Shown: positions 37,318 to 47,065 of the stretch, in pieces
How positions within the stretch are numbered: the stretch's first letter is position 1
Layout: each line of letters begins with the position of its first letter
From: an uncultured delta proteobacterium
Lineage (GTDB): Bacteria; Myxococcota_A; UBA9160; UBA4427
Assembly: GCA_963822965.1 (NCBI GenBank)
Contig: CAWGJT010000005.1
Coordinates: 736,001-800,000 of the forward strand
Direction: 5' to 3'
Length of the DNA stretch: 64,000 nucleotides
Position numbers and translations under genes: made by a program
Notes under the pieces: generated by a model
What the model saw: only the letters and a program-made list of their open reading frames with translations
What the model was told of the DNA's origin: nothing
Database searches by the model: none

Positions 37318-38694
37318 TTGTTCCCGCGCTGGCTTCCGCTCTACCTGCTCGGGATCGCCGCACTGACCCTGTTCCCCTTCACGCCCGGCGCCGCTACGAG
37401 CCCCGGCTGGACGATGCACTTCTGGGTCTTCGACTTCGACTTCGCCGCGAACGTCCTGGCCTTCGTTCCCATCGGGGTCGCTCTGCACCGCTCGCGCTGG
37501 TGGCGCGTCCTGGGCTTCGCGTTCGCGCTCTCGCTCACCATCGAGGTCTGCCAGCACTGGCTTCCGCGCCAGCAGGACGTGAACGACCTGCTCGCCAACA
37601 CCCTGGGTGCGGCGGCGGGCCTCGTGCTGGCGCGAGCCTGGACGCGGCAACGGCCCGGCCCGCTGCTGCGGTCCGCGGCGATCCAGCGCGGGCTGTGGGT
37701 CGCGACCCCGCTGCTCCTGGCCGGGGTCTTCGCCGAATCCCTCTGGAGCCCCGCCTACGATTTCACGAACTGGGAGCGCTACCCGCTCGTGATCGGCAAC
37801 TCCGCGGGCGGCATGCACCCGTGGACGGGCAGCGTCTCGGAGATCCGCCTCTACGATCGCGACCTGGGGGTCGGCGAGGGGCCGTCCAGCCCGGTCGATC
37901 CCGCGGAGCCCGCCCTGTGGCTCGAGGGCGGACCGATCCTGTGGCTCCACTTCGCCGAGGGCCGCGCAAGCGGGCGCATCGACGGCCCGGCCGGACCGGT
38001 GCGGGTGACCCCCGATCTCTCCCGTGCTCCCGCGATCGAGCGGTCCGGCCTGCGCCTGCGCCCCAGCGGCCTGACCCTCGAGCGCTGGGTCTCCGACCAC
38101 GTCGTCGAGCGACTGCGGAAGAGCGGCAGGGTCACCCTGGACGTCCGGCTGCGTGCGGACTCGACCCAGCAGTTCGGACCGGCCTACATCGTGTCCCTCG
38201 GCGGAGGCGCCCCCAGGCACGACCTGCTGCTGGCACAGCTCGGGTCCGCGCTGGTGGCCGCCATCCGCACGCCCGCGACCGGTCGCTCGGCCCGGAGAGC
38301 GCAGCCCGAGACCCACGCCCGGGTCGTGACCGGCGAGAGCCAGCACGTCCGCCTCGCGTACGACGGCGTGCACGCGGTCCTCCGCGTGGACGGAGCGTGC
38401 GAGGCGGACAGCAATCTCGTGCTCGCCAACGCGCCGCCCCTGCGCGGGACCCTGCTGGGAGCCACCGTCGTGCTGTGCACCGCCCTGCCCACCCTGCTCG
38501 TCGGCCGGGCCACGCGCCGGACCTTCGGGGTCGCGCTCGGGGTCGCGCTCGGGGTGGCCGCGGGCGGCGCGTCCTGGCTCGCCTGCTGGACGCTCGGGAC
38601 CTGGGACCACCTGGGCGCGTTCACGCCGATCGCCGCGGGGCTGGGGGGCCTGGCGATCGCCGCGAGCCTCCCCCTCCTCGTCCGACCCCGTTGA
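37318..38694 (+). CDS. VanZ-family membrane protein with a LamG-like soluble domain; start approximate
   Basis: DFAANVLAFVPIG, SLTIEVCQ, DVNDLLANTLG (VanZ). LVIGN...WTGSVSEIRLYDRDL and HVRLAYDG...LRVDG (LamG-like). Confidence 0.75.
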   Translation: MFPRWLPLYLLGIAALTLFPFTPGAATSPGWTMHFWVFDFDFAANVLAFVPIGVALHRSRWWRVLGFAFALSLTIEVCQHWLPRQQDVNDLLANTLGAAAGLVLARAWTRQRPGPLLRSAAIQRGLWVATPLLLAGVFAESLWSPAYDFTNWERYPLVIGNSAGGMHPWTGSVSEIRLYDRDLGVGEGPSSPVDPAEPALWLEGGPILWLHFAEGRASGRIDGPAGPVRVTPDLSRAPAIERSGLRLRPSGLTLERWVSDHVVERLRKSGRVTLDVRLRADSTQQFGPAYIVSLGGGAPRHDLLLAQLGSALVAAIRTPATGRSARRAQPETHARVVTGESQHVRLAYDGVHAVLRVDGACEADSNLVLANAPPLRGTLLGATVVLCTALPTLLVGRATRRTFGVALGVALGVAAGGASWLACWTLGTWDHLGAFTPIAAGLGGLAIAASLPLLVRPR

Positions 38695-39899
38695 GCGCGG
38701 CACTTCGCAATCCGTCCCTGCTCTGCGCGTTTCGCGCGGTGGAGATGTCGCTCTTCCCGATCGCGGTGATCACGATCTTCTGGCAGTACGAGATCGGCCT
38801 CAGCATGACGGAGATCTTCGGGCTCCAGGCCGTCTTCGCGGGAACCACCGGCCTGCTGGAGTTTCCCTCGGGCTACGTCGCCGACCGGATCGGCTACCGC
38901 AGGACCCTCGTCCTCGCCTCGGGCTGCACCCTGGCCGGCTGGACCGTGTACCTCTTCTCGCCGGACTTCTGGACGATCGCCGCCGCCGAGGTGGTCCTCG
39001 GGGTCGGACTCTCGCTCATCTCCGGAACCGACTCGGCCATCCTCTACGAATCCCTCGCCCAGGCCGGCGCCGAGGCGCGCTTCGCCACCTGGTACGGCCG
39101 GGTGCGCTTCTTCGGCCAGGTGGCCGAGGGCTCGGCGGCGCTGGCGGCGGGATGGCTCTACGCGATCTCGCCGCGGGCGCCGTTCGTCGCCGAGGTGCTC
39201 GTCTGGGCGATCGGGCTGGGCGTCGCGTGGCGGCTCGTCGAGCCCGACCGCCACCGGCCGCGGGTCGCCGGCGTCTTCTCCCACATGGCCGCGGTGCTGC
39301 GCCACATCCTGCGCGGCGCCCCGCGGCTGCGCGCGATCATGGCGTTGACGGTCGCCCTCTCCATGACGTCGTTCGTCCCGGTCTGGATCATCCAGCTCTA
39401 CAGCGAGCGCGCCGGAGTGGCCGTGGCGTGGCTGGGTCCGATCTGGGCCGTGGCCAACTACTCGGTGGCCTTCGCCTCGCTCGCGAGCGCGAGGCTCCGG
39501 CAGGCCGTCGGCGTGATGCCGGCCCTGCTCTTCTGCATCGCGCTGGCCGGAGCCGGCTACCTGGGGCTCGGGCTCACCCACGCGGTCTGGGGCTTCGTGT
39601 TCTACTTCCTCGTCACGCTGATGCGCGGGCTCAACGCTCCGATCCTGCATCACGAGGAGCAGTCCCTGATCCCCTCCGGCGACCGGGCGACCTTCGTGTC
39701 CGCCCGCAACCTGGTCTTCCGGGGGCTCTTCGTCGTGATCGGTCCGACCGTGGGCTACGCGATCGACCGCAGCGGCGAGCATGCGGTGCTGCTTGCCGGC
39801 GGCTTCCTCGCGACCGCCGCCAGCCTCGCCCTCTGGCTCGCCGTCCTGCGATCCCCCGAGCCGGGTCCCGGCTCTCCGGACGCGCCTGGCGCATACTGA
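38691..39899 (+). CDS. MFS transporter
   Basis: EFPSGYVADRIGYRRTL motif A, ~12 TM helices. TTGA overlap with the upstream gene. Confidence 0.92.
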   Translation: MSAALRNPSLLCAFRAVEMSLFPIAVITIFWQYEIGLSMTEIFGLQAVFAGTTGLLEFPSGYVADRIGYRRTLVLASGCTLAGWTVYLFSPDFWTIAAAEVVLGVGLSLISGTDSAILYESLAQAGAEARFATWYGRVRFFGQVAEGSAALAAGWLYAISPRAPFVAEVLVWAIGLGVAWRLVEPDRHRPRVAGVFSHMAAVLRHILRGAPRLRAIMALTVALSMTSFVPVWIIQLYSERAGVAVAWLGPIWAVANYSVAFASLASARLRQAVGVMPALLFCIALAGAGYLGLGLTHAVWGFVFYFLVTLMRGLNAPILHHEEQSLIPSGDRATFVSARNLVFRGLFVVIGPTVGYAIDRSGEHAVLLAGGFLATAASLALWLAVLRSPEPGPGSPDAPGAY

Positions 39900-39933
39900 C
39901 GCGTCGTCGTCACGACCCGAAGGAGATCGCGGC

Positions 39934-40536
39934 TTGCTCAAGCTCTACGACTTCCTCGAATCCGGCAACGGCTACAAGGTGCGTCTGCTGCTCCACCAGC
40001 TCGCGATCCCCTTCGAGCGGATCGAGCTCGACATCACCCGCGGCGCGACCCGCACGCCCGAGTTCCTCGCGCGCAATCCGAACGGGCGCATCCCGACCCT
40101 CGAGCTCGAAGACGGCACCTGCCTCGCCGAATCCAATGCCATCCAGTGGTATCTGGCCGACGGCACGGATCTGCTGCCCGACGACCCGGTCGAACGGGCG
40201 CAGGTGCTGCAGTGGATGTTCTTCGAGCAGTACAGCCACGAGCCCTACATCGCGGTCGTCCGCTTCTGGGTGCACCAGGGGACGCACGTGGGACGCGAGG
40301 CGGAGGTCGAGGAGCGAAGGCGCCGCGGGTACGAGGCGCTGGACGTGATGGAGAAGCACCTTCGGAACCGCGACTTCTTCGTCGGCCACCGCTACTCGAT
40401 CGCCGACATCGCGCTCTTCGCCTACACGCACGTGGCCCACGAGGGCGGGTTCGACCTCGGCGGCCACCCCGCGGTGCGCGCCTGGCTCGACCGCGTTCGC
40501 AGCCAGCCGCGACACGTGCCGATCACGCGCAGCTGA
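39934..40536 (+). CDS. Glutathione S-transferase family protein
   Basis: SGNGYKVRL, NPNGRIP, LAESNAI, YSIADIAL. Confidence 0.95.
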   Translation: MLKLYDFLESGNGYKVRLLLHQLAIPFERIELDITRGATRTPEFLARNPNGRIPTLELEDGTCLAESNAIQWYLADGTDLLPDDPVERAQVLQWMFFEQYSHEPYIAVVRFWVHQGTHVGREAEVEERRRRGYEALDVMEKHLRNRDFFVGHRYSIADIALFAYTHVAHEGGFDLGGHPAVRAWLDRVRSQPRHVPITRS

Positions 40537-40579
40537 TCCGATCGCGACCGCGCGACGGGGGACGTCGAGAGGCGGGACC

Positions 40580-41656
40580 TCAGGGCTGGCTGAGGGCCGC
40601 GTTGACTTCCTGCTCGCACTGGGACGGGATCAGGTTCGCGTGCCGCAACGCGAAGAGCAGATCCCGACAGCGGCGATAGAGGTCGAGTCCCGGGTCGATC
40701 CGGGGCGCGTACGACGACTCGTCCACGTCGACGTCCCAGAAGCGGCGCACCAGATCGATGATCGGGGCGATCTCCTCGCAGGTGACCTGGCTCGGCCCGT
40801 CCAGCAGCAGGTCTTCGATCTCGTCGACCAGGTTCTCGACGCCCTCGAGCAGGCGCTGCTCCGGGCCGATGCCTCGGGGCGCGAGCACCGGCGGAGACTC
40901 GTCCGGCGACCCCGACCACGTCACCTCGATCAGCCGCTCGCGCGACGCCGACTGCGTCTGCAGGCGGTCGCGATCGGCGCCGAACGCGCGGCCGAAGGCC
41001 GCGCGCGCGACGCCCCGCACCCGTCGCCGGATCTCGTTCATCTCGCTCGCGCGTCGGGCCGGGTCGAGCGACACCAGATCCTCCCGCAACAGCACGTCGG
41101 CGAGGGGCGACACGTCGTCGAGGCAGACGACACCTCTGCGGTCGGTTCCTGCGAGCACCGCGCCGAGGAAGTCGAGCAGTCGGATGACGACGCGCGTGTA
41201 CTGGCCGGGCAGCGCGATGCGGTGCAGCAGCGCTCCCGCGGCGGCGCTCGAGTCGTAGTCGGCCAAGGCGAACCAGTCGCGTAGCATCAGCTGCAGCAGC
41301 GCATCGCCCGAGAGCGCCACGGGCAGGACGTCGTCCAGCGACGCTTCCTCGGACACGATGCACACGAGGCTCGGATCCATCTCGATCACGTCGGTGTAGT
41401 AGTACTGGCCCGGATCGAGGAAGAGATACCAGAGCGTTCCGCACGACGCGCAGAACACGATGCCCTTCATCTCGCCCCGCGGCGCCCAGGGACCCGGTCG
41501 CAGGCTGGGGTGCTCATCGATCGGGCGCCACGTGCGGGGCAGGCGGTGGCTCTCCGCGTGGGTCACCCGTACGCGCGGCAGAGCTCCGCAGCTCCGGCAA
41601 TCCCGTACCGCCGCAGGCACCGCCGGCTCCGATGCCGTGCGCATCCTGCGGCTCAT
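40580..41656 (-). CDS. Hypothetical protein with two N-terminal CxxC pairs (possible Zn ribbon)
   Basis: CRSCG...CASCG followed by a helical-looking domain. Protein-like composition. Start uncertain. Confidence 0.65.
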   Translation of the reverse strand: MSRRMRTASEPAVPAAVRDCRSCGALPRVRVTHAESHRLPRTWRPIDEHPSLRPGPWAPRGEMKGIVFCASCGTLWYLFLDPGQYYYTDVIEMDPSLVCIVSEEASLDDVLPVALSGDALLQLMLRDWFALADYDSSAAAGALLHRIALPGQYTRVVIRLLDFLGAVLAGTDRRGVVCLDDVSPLADVLLREDLVSLDPARRASEMNEIRRRVRGVARAAFGRAFGADRDRLQTQSASRERLIEVTWSGSPDESPPVLAPRGIGPEQRLLEGVENLVDEIEDLLLDGPSQVTCEEIAPIIDLVRRFWDVDVDESSYAPRIDPGLDLYRRCRDLLFALRHANLIPSQCEQEVNAALSQP

Positions 41657-41828
41657 GAGACGTGAACTTCCACGAGACACTTCTCCGCGTTCGGCGGCGG
41701 GGCACATTCGCCCACGGGGCCAATCGGGGGGGCACCACTGCCGCTTGCGGGGAGAAGGGAAGAGCGGGTGGAGACGACTAACGTAGCACTTCGAGCGGAT
41801 CCGCAGCCCGACCGGCGCGGGCCAGGGA

Positions 41829-42254
41829 CTAGCCATTCCTCCGGGGCTCGACCCATAGGGTCAAACCCTCGACCGAGGTGACACAGACGGACTCTCCCGG
41901 CTCGATGGGACCGGGAGCCTCCGCGACGAGTCGAGCGCGCCACAGCTCCGGCCCCACGCGCACCCGTCCCTCGCGGTCGAGACACTCGATCACGACGGCC
42001 GTGGCCCCGATCAGGCGCGACGTCGCGGTGGGATCCGAAGGCTCGTAGGCTTTCCGCACGAGGGGAAAGAGGACGACCTCCTTGGCGATCCAGAGCGCGA
42101 AGAGGATCCAGCCCCAGCGGGCCGTCAGAACCTCGAGACCGACGAGGACCAGCAGGCCCGTGCCCGCGAGCAGGAGCTCCGGAATCTGGAAGAGGACGTA
42201 TCGCCCAAGGACCCGTCGTATATCTGCGTGGGTCTCCACACGCACCGACGTCAC
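41829..42254 (-). CDS. NfeD-family membrane protein (OB fold)
   Basis: Two TM segments, LIGATAVV, GRVRVGPELWRA, VTSVEGLTLWV. Confidence 0.88.
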   Translation of the reverse strand: MTSVRVETHADIRRVLGRYVLFQIPELLLAGTGLLVLVGLEVLTARWGWILFALWIAKEVVLFPLVRKAYEPSDPTATSRLIGATAVVIECLDREGRVRVGPELWRARLVAEAPGPIEPGESVCVTSVEGLTLWVEPRRNG

Positions 42255-42555
42255 GTCGCACGCCCCCCAAAACCGTGCTCTCGAGACCAGTCATGGCGGT
42301 TGCCATTGTCTCGCGTCGCGCCAAGGTCTGGAAGCAGAATCTGCACGCGAGGATGTTTCGGGTCATCCTGGGGCGTCTGAGACCCCGTCAGAAGGCCAAT
42401 GAGGAGCCTCTGCGCCGGCGGCATCGAGACGACCGAAGCCGGGGGCCGGAAAGCACCTAGGGGTTTCCACCCGCGCAAGAGCCGCTCCGGCCTCCGATCT
42501 TTCGCCGCCCGGTCTGCGTCCGTGGGGACCTCCTCCGCGGCTCGCCGGAGATGTG

Positions 42556-43755
42556 TCAGTGGAGAGAGGCGGCCTGCCTCGACCCCACCAGCGCCGACAC
42601 CGCGTCCTCGATGCCGTCGACACTGAGATGGAACATGGGGAAGATGCGCTGGACCACCCGACACGTCTGGCTGTGGTTCCAGATCTTCGGCGGGTCCGGG
42701 TTGAGCCACACGCACCGCTCGAAGTGGCTCGAGATCCGCGACAGCCAGTCGATGCCGCGGGTCTCCGATTCGTAGCGCGGGTTGATGTTGCCGCGCGGGC
42801 TCATCAGCTCGGCGGGATGCATGGCGGCGTCGCCGACGATCATCACCTTCCAGCGCTCGTCCAGCGTCCGCAGGATGTCGCCCGTCGGCAGCGGCTCTCC
42901 GGCATAGAGTCGCGCCGTCCGGCCGACGGTCTCGTAGACGCAGTTGTGGAAGTAGTACGCCCGGAGCTCGCGGAGGCCGCGCTCCTCGTGCAGCGCCGTC
43001 AGCAGCCGGCTCACCGGCGCGTAGTAGGGATCCATGGTGCCGCCCACGTCCATCAGGAGAAGCAGACGGACGTTGTTGCGCTTCTCCTGGCTGAACACGA
43101 CCTCGATCTCGCCGCCGTTCTTGCAGGTCTCGTCGACGCTCTCGTCGATGTCGAGCTTGTCGTACGGCCCCGAACGCGTGAGGTGCCGCAGACGCTTGAG
43201 GGCGACCTTCGTCTGTCGTAGATCCAGGGTCGAGTCGGTCCGGTAGTCCTCGAAGCGCCGATCCTCGGCGACCTTCATCGCCGAGCGCCCGCGACTCTGG
43301 CCGCCCACCCGGATGCCGGTGGGGTGCTCGCCGCCGTGCCCGAACGGAGAATGACCGCCGGTGCCGACCCAGCGCCCGCCGCCGTCGTGCCGCTCGTCCT
43401 GCTCCTCGAGCGTCTCCAGGAACTTCCGCATCAGCTCGTCCGCGTCGAGACGCTGCAGGGCGGCGCGCTGCTCGTCCGTCAGGCCGTCGAAGCTCTTGGG
43501 ATCGTTCAGCCACTGCTCGAGCTCTTCGCTCAGGCTGAGCTCACCCTCGACGCCGTGGAAGATGCGCGCGAAGACGCGATCGAAGGCGTCGAAGTAGGTC
43601 TCGCTCTTGACGAGGGTCGCCCGCGAGAGGTGGTAGAAGGAGAGCAGATTCGACCCGTGCAGGCCCTTCTCGAGGGCCGACATGAGCATCTGCCACTCCT
43701 GGATGGAGACGGGCACGCCCTCGTCGCGCAGGCCATAGAAGAGATCGAGGAACAC
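42556..43755 (-). CDS. VWA-domain protein (CoxE-like), partner of the MoxR ATPase
   Basis: WVGTGGHSPFGH, LLLMDVGGTMD (MIDAS-like), YYFHNC, VGDAAMHP, WLNP. Confidence 0.9.
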   Translation of the reverse strand: MFLDLFYGLRDEGVPVSIQEWQMLMSALEKGLHGSNLLSFYHLSRATLVKSETYFDAFDRVFARIFHGVEGELSLSEELEQWLNDPKSFDGLTDEQRAALQRLDADELMRKFLETLEEQDERHDGGGRWVGTGGHSPFGHGGEHPTGIRVGGQSRGRSAMKVAEDRRFEDYRTDSTLDLRQTKVALKRLRHLTRSGPYDKLDIDESVDETCKNGGEIEVVFSQEKRNNVRLLLLMDVGGTMDPYYAPVSRLLTALHEERGLRELRAYYFHNCVYETVGRTARLYAGEPLPTGDILRTLDERWKVMIVGDAAMHPAELMSPRGNINPRYESETRGIDWLSRISSHFERCVWLNPDPPKIWNHSQTCRVVQRIFPMFHLSVDGIEDAVSALVGSRQAASLH

Positions 43756-43764
43756 GGCGACGTC

Positions 43765-44661
43765 CTACTGGTTGTACTTGGGGCCGAGATCGCTCCACTG
43801 ACTCGGCATGCGTCCGCCGCCCTCGGCGTAGCTCTGGAGGGCTTCGGTGTCCTGCTCGTTCTTGAGCAGCGAGCCGAGGAAGGGGATGTGGCTCTCGAGC
43901 TGCCCGGGCGTGATGCCCGAACGCATCAGGGCCGCGATCCAGTCGATGAGCTCGGACGTGGAGGGCTTCTTGCGCAGCTCGTTCTGGCCTCGCAGCCAGT
44001 AGAACTTGATCAGCACCTGGTCGAGCAGGGTCGTGTCGAGGTTCGGGTGGTGGACGTCGACGATCTGCTTCATCAGGGGCACGTCCGGAAACTCGATGAA
44101 GTGGAAGACGCAGCGGCGCAGGAACGCGTCCGGCAGCTCCTTCTCGTTGTTGGAGGTGATGATCACCACCGGCCGCTCCCGGGCGGCGACCTCGTCGCCC
44201 GTCTCCATCACCGTGAAGCGCATCTCGTCGATCTCGCGCAGGATGTCGTTCGGGAACTCCAGGTCGGCCTTGTCGATCTCGTCGATCAGCAGCACGTGGC
44301 GGTTCGGCGCCGCGAAGACGCGACCGAGGGGGCCCAGCTTGATGTAGTGCCGGACGTCGCTGACCTCTCCCTCCCCGAAGCGGGCGTCGTTCAGTCGCTG
44401 CAGGGTGTCGTAGACGTAGAGCCCCTCGCTGGCCTTGGACGTGGACTTGATGTGCCACGAATCCATCGGCAGGCCGAGCCCCTTCGCCACGTGCATGGCC
44501 AGCAGGGTCTTGCCGGTCCCCGGCTCTCCCTTGATGAGGAGCGGCCGCTCGAGCGCGATCGCGCAGTTGACCGCCTCCACCAGGGCCGGGGACACGATGT
44601 ATCCATCGGTGCCCTTGAACTGGTAGAAGTCGCTGGCTGCGGGGCTGGCGGGCATGGTCAT
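43765..44661 (-). CDS. MoxR-family AAA+ ATPase
   Basis: Walker A GEPGTGKT, Walker B LLIDEIDKAD, TSNNEKELPDAFLRRC. Confidence 0.95.
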   Translation of the reverse strand: MTMPASPAASDFYQFKGTDGYIVSPALVEAVNCAIALERPLLIKGEPGTGKTLLAMHVAKGLGLPMDSWHIKSTSKASEGLYVYDTLQRLNDARFGEGEVSDVRHYIKLGPLGRVFAAPNRHVLLIDEIDKADLEFPNDILREIDEMRFTVMETGDEVAARERPVVIITSNNEKELPDAFLRRCVFHFIEFPDVPLMKQIVDVHHPNLDTTLLDQVLIKFYWLRGQNELRKKPSTSELIDWIAALMRSGITPGQLESHIPFLGSLLKNEQDTEALQSYAEGGGRMPSQWSDLGPKYNQ

Positions 44662-44875
44662 CCTTCTCTCGGATCCGGCCAGGGCCGGCTCGGTAGGGGG
44701 GCGAAGCTGCGCCGTGCTCGCGACCCGTCCGGGCGAGCGGCAGGCGTCTCGCGTCCTGGTGTCTTAGGGTTGACCGACATGTTGGCGCGACCCGGTCGCT
44801 GTCGCAAATCCGCCACAGGGGCCGGCCCCGGCCGCACCCGCTCGAGAGCGATCGAGCATCGAGGAGGAAGCTCCC

Positions 44876-45868
44876 ATGCGATTCCTGCTGAAGGCCGTCG
44901 GCTTCCTGCTGCTCGCCGGGATCGTTCTCGCCGGCGGCCTGCTTGCGTGGGAGCACCTCGAGATCCGACGAATCGACCCGACGCTGCCGCCCATCGCCGA
45001 CCTGCTGGAGCCGGACCTCAACAGCGACCTTCCCGTGCGCCTCACGTGGATCAACACGGCGAGCCAGCCCATGCCGCGCGCGGCGGTCCTCGAGCCCGAT
45101 CTCGACCCGCATCCGGAAGAGGCGTACACGATGAGCCACCCCACCTTCGTGGTGGAGTGGCCGGACGGTCGTCTCTTCCTGATCGACATGGGGATGAACG
45201 CCGAGGCCGCGATCGACTTCGGGCGGCCTCTCGAGCTGCTGGCCGACGCGGATCCGATCGTGCCCCATGCGTCCACGTCGACGCGGCTCGGCGAGGCCCG
45301 ATCCCGGGTGGCCGGGATCGCGTTCACCCACATGCACACGGACCACACGACCGGCCTGCTCGACTTCTGCCGGGATCGGGCTCCGGGGAGCCCGCCGGTG
45401 CCGGTCTTCCAGCACCACGAGCAGGTGTCCCGGTTCAACCACACGACGCGTCCCGCCAAGCTGCAGCTCGAGCAGGCCGACTGCATCGAGCGGCGGAGCC
45501 TGGGCGCCGGCAGCGGGCTGATCCCGGTCGACGGCTTCAAGGGGCTGTTCGCGATTCCCGCCGGCGGTCACACGCCGGGCAGCACGATGTACGTCGTGCA
45601 GGTGCGCGGCCGCACGGACGGGGAGGGAGGACGGGCGGACGACGTCGAGACGTGGGTGCTCACCGGAGACGTGGTGAATCACGTCCAGGGCATCGAGCTC
45701 GGGCTGCCGAAGCCCCGGCTCTACAGCCTGCTGATGGTTCCGGAGGACGACGGTCGCCTGGGACGCGTCCGCGACTTCCTGCAGGAGCTCGGCGGCCGCC
45801 CGGGCGTGACCCTCCTGGTCTCCCACGACCAGAACGAGATCCAGAGCACCGGGCTCGCGCGCTGGTGA
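44876..45868 (+). CDS. Membrane-anchored metallo-beta-lactamase-fold hydrolase
   Basis: THMHTDH, GHTPGS, LTGD, VSHD. N-terminal TM helix. Confidence 0.9.
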   Translation: MRFLLKAVGFLLLAGIVLAGGLLAWEHLEIRRIDPTLPPIADLLEPDLNSDLPVRLTWINTASQPMPRAAVLEPDLDPHPEEAYTMSHPTFVVEWPDGRLFLIDMGMNAEAAIDFGRPLELLADADPIVPHASTSTRLGEARSRVAGIAFTHMHTDHTTGLLDFCRDRAPGSPPVPVFQHHEQVSRFNHTTRPAKLQLEQADCIERRSLGAGSGLIPVDGFKGLFAIPAGGHTPGSTMYVVQVRGRTDGEGGRADDVETWVLTGDVVNHVQGIELGLPKPRLYSLLMVPEDDGRLGRVRDFLQELGGRPGVTLLVSHDQNEIQSTGLARW

Positions 45869-45876
45869 GCCCGCGA

Positions 45877-45984
45877 CCCGCGCGACCGGAAGCCTCTCGG
45901 CCCGCGCGACCGGAAGCCTCTCGGCCCGCGCGACCGGAAGCCTCTCGGCCCGCGCGACCAGAAACCTCTCGGCCCGCGCGACCG
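45877..45984. repeat. Tandem repeat of the 24-bp unit CCCGCGCGACCGGAAGCCTCTCGG, ~4.5 copies
   Basis: Units start at 45877, 45901, 45925, 45949 (two substitutions) and 45973 (partial). No spacers. Fills the gap between convergent genes. Confidence 0.95.
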
Positions 45985-45991
45985 AAGCAGC

Positions 45992-47065
45992 TCAGGCGCG
46001 CTCGTGTACCAGCAGGCTCTTCTTGTCCTCGAAGAGCACGCTGATCTTCCCGACTCCCGTGATCGCCTGCACGACCCCCTCGCCGAGGGTCGGGTGCTGG
46101 ATGCGATCGCCGGGCTCGTAGCTCTCGCGGATCGCGTACTTGCGCGGCGGCCGGGAGAGATCGGGCTCGACGATGGCGTCCTCCTCTCCCGTCTTCGGAC
46201 GCGACTTGGGCTTGGGCTTGAGCTTGCCCGCCCGTGCCTCCCACGCCGGCCCGAGCTGGGGCGCCGTCTGGAGCACCGGCCCTTCCTCGCCGTAGTCCCA
46301 TCCCGGATCCCCCTCGACGTCGATACCGAGATAGACGATCTCGACGCCCGTGATCTCGGGAACCTCTCGTGCGATCCGATCGAGCTCGCGGATCCAGGCC
46401 GCGCCCTTCTGGGCCTCTCGCTTGCGGCAGATCTCCCAGTAGCGGGAGCTTCCGAGCAGGAGGAGCGCGGGCGGCTCCGAAGAAACGGTCCGGCCGGTGG
46501 CGGCCTGCACCTCTTCCGCGATCGCCTCGCGGTTCGCGTCGACGATGGCGGTCCAGGCGAGACCCTCGAGCAGCGCCCGAAGCGGGGTGTCCCCCGTGCC
46601 ACCACGTGTCGCCGACGGCGGCACGTACTTGACCACCACGGCCGCCAGGCGATCGTCCGGCAGGAGCCCCAGCAGGTCCACCTTGCCGATGCCCTTGTTG
46701 GGATCGGCGTCGCCCAGGGCCTTGTCCGGTGCCGCGGTGGCCAGGGGCACCTGGTAGTCGACCAGGGTGAGCGCGCCGCCGGCGGGAAGCTCCAGTCCCT
46801 GGCTCTCGCCCTCGCCGAGGCTGGCGGCGAGCAGCGCCATCGCGAAGTGTTCGGCGTCCTTGTTGTTGCGTCGGCTCGTAGGAGGCTTCGGATGCGACGC
46901 CAGGTACTTCTTGCCGGCCTCGTGGCGGCGGGGCGCGTTCGCGACCTCCTGCTTGTACTGCGCGTCCAGCGACTCACCGTTCAGGCCCTCGGCCACCTGA
47001 CGGAAGCCCTTCGCCTGCTTGACTTCTCGGGAGCTCGCGAGCTCGATGAGCGGGTGGCGTTCCAT
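45992..47065 (-). CDS. Hypothetical protein: degenerate PD-(D/E)xK-like domain plus C-terminal Tudor/SH3-like (PcrA/UvrD-CTD-like) domain
   Basis: DYQVPL...KVDLLG...AVVVKY...DTPLRALLEG. C-terminus YEPGDRIQHPTLGEGVV...KISVLF. Confidence 0.7.
   Translation of the reverse strand: MERHPLIELASSREVKQAKGFRQVAEGLNGESLDAQYKQEVANAPRRHEAGKKYLASHPKPPTSRRNNKDAEHFAMALLAASLGEGESQGLELPAGGALTLVDYQVPLATAAPDKALGDADPNKGIGKVDLLGLLPDDRLAAVVVKYVPPSATRGGTGDTPLRALLEGLAWTAIVDANREAIAEEVQAATGRTVSSEPPALLLLGSSRYWEICRKREAQKGAAWIRELDRIAREVPEITGVEIVYLGIDVEGDPGWDYGEEGPVLQTAPQLGPAWEARAGKLKPKPKSRPKTGEEDAIVEPDLSRPPRKYAIRESYEPGDRIQHPTLGEGVVQAITGVGKISVLFEDKKSLLVHERA

Noticed and set aside
38527..38556. 12-bp tandem repeat GGGGTCGCGCTC
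   Set aside because: Simply encodes GVALGVALGVA within a TM helix.
42255..42555. 300-bp gap as a possible ncRNA or small gene
   Set aside because: No recognisable RNA family motif, and no RBS-led ORF with protein-like composition.
45877..45984. Possible CRISPR array
   Set aside because: Units are contiguous with no unique spacers, and there are no cas genes in the window.
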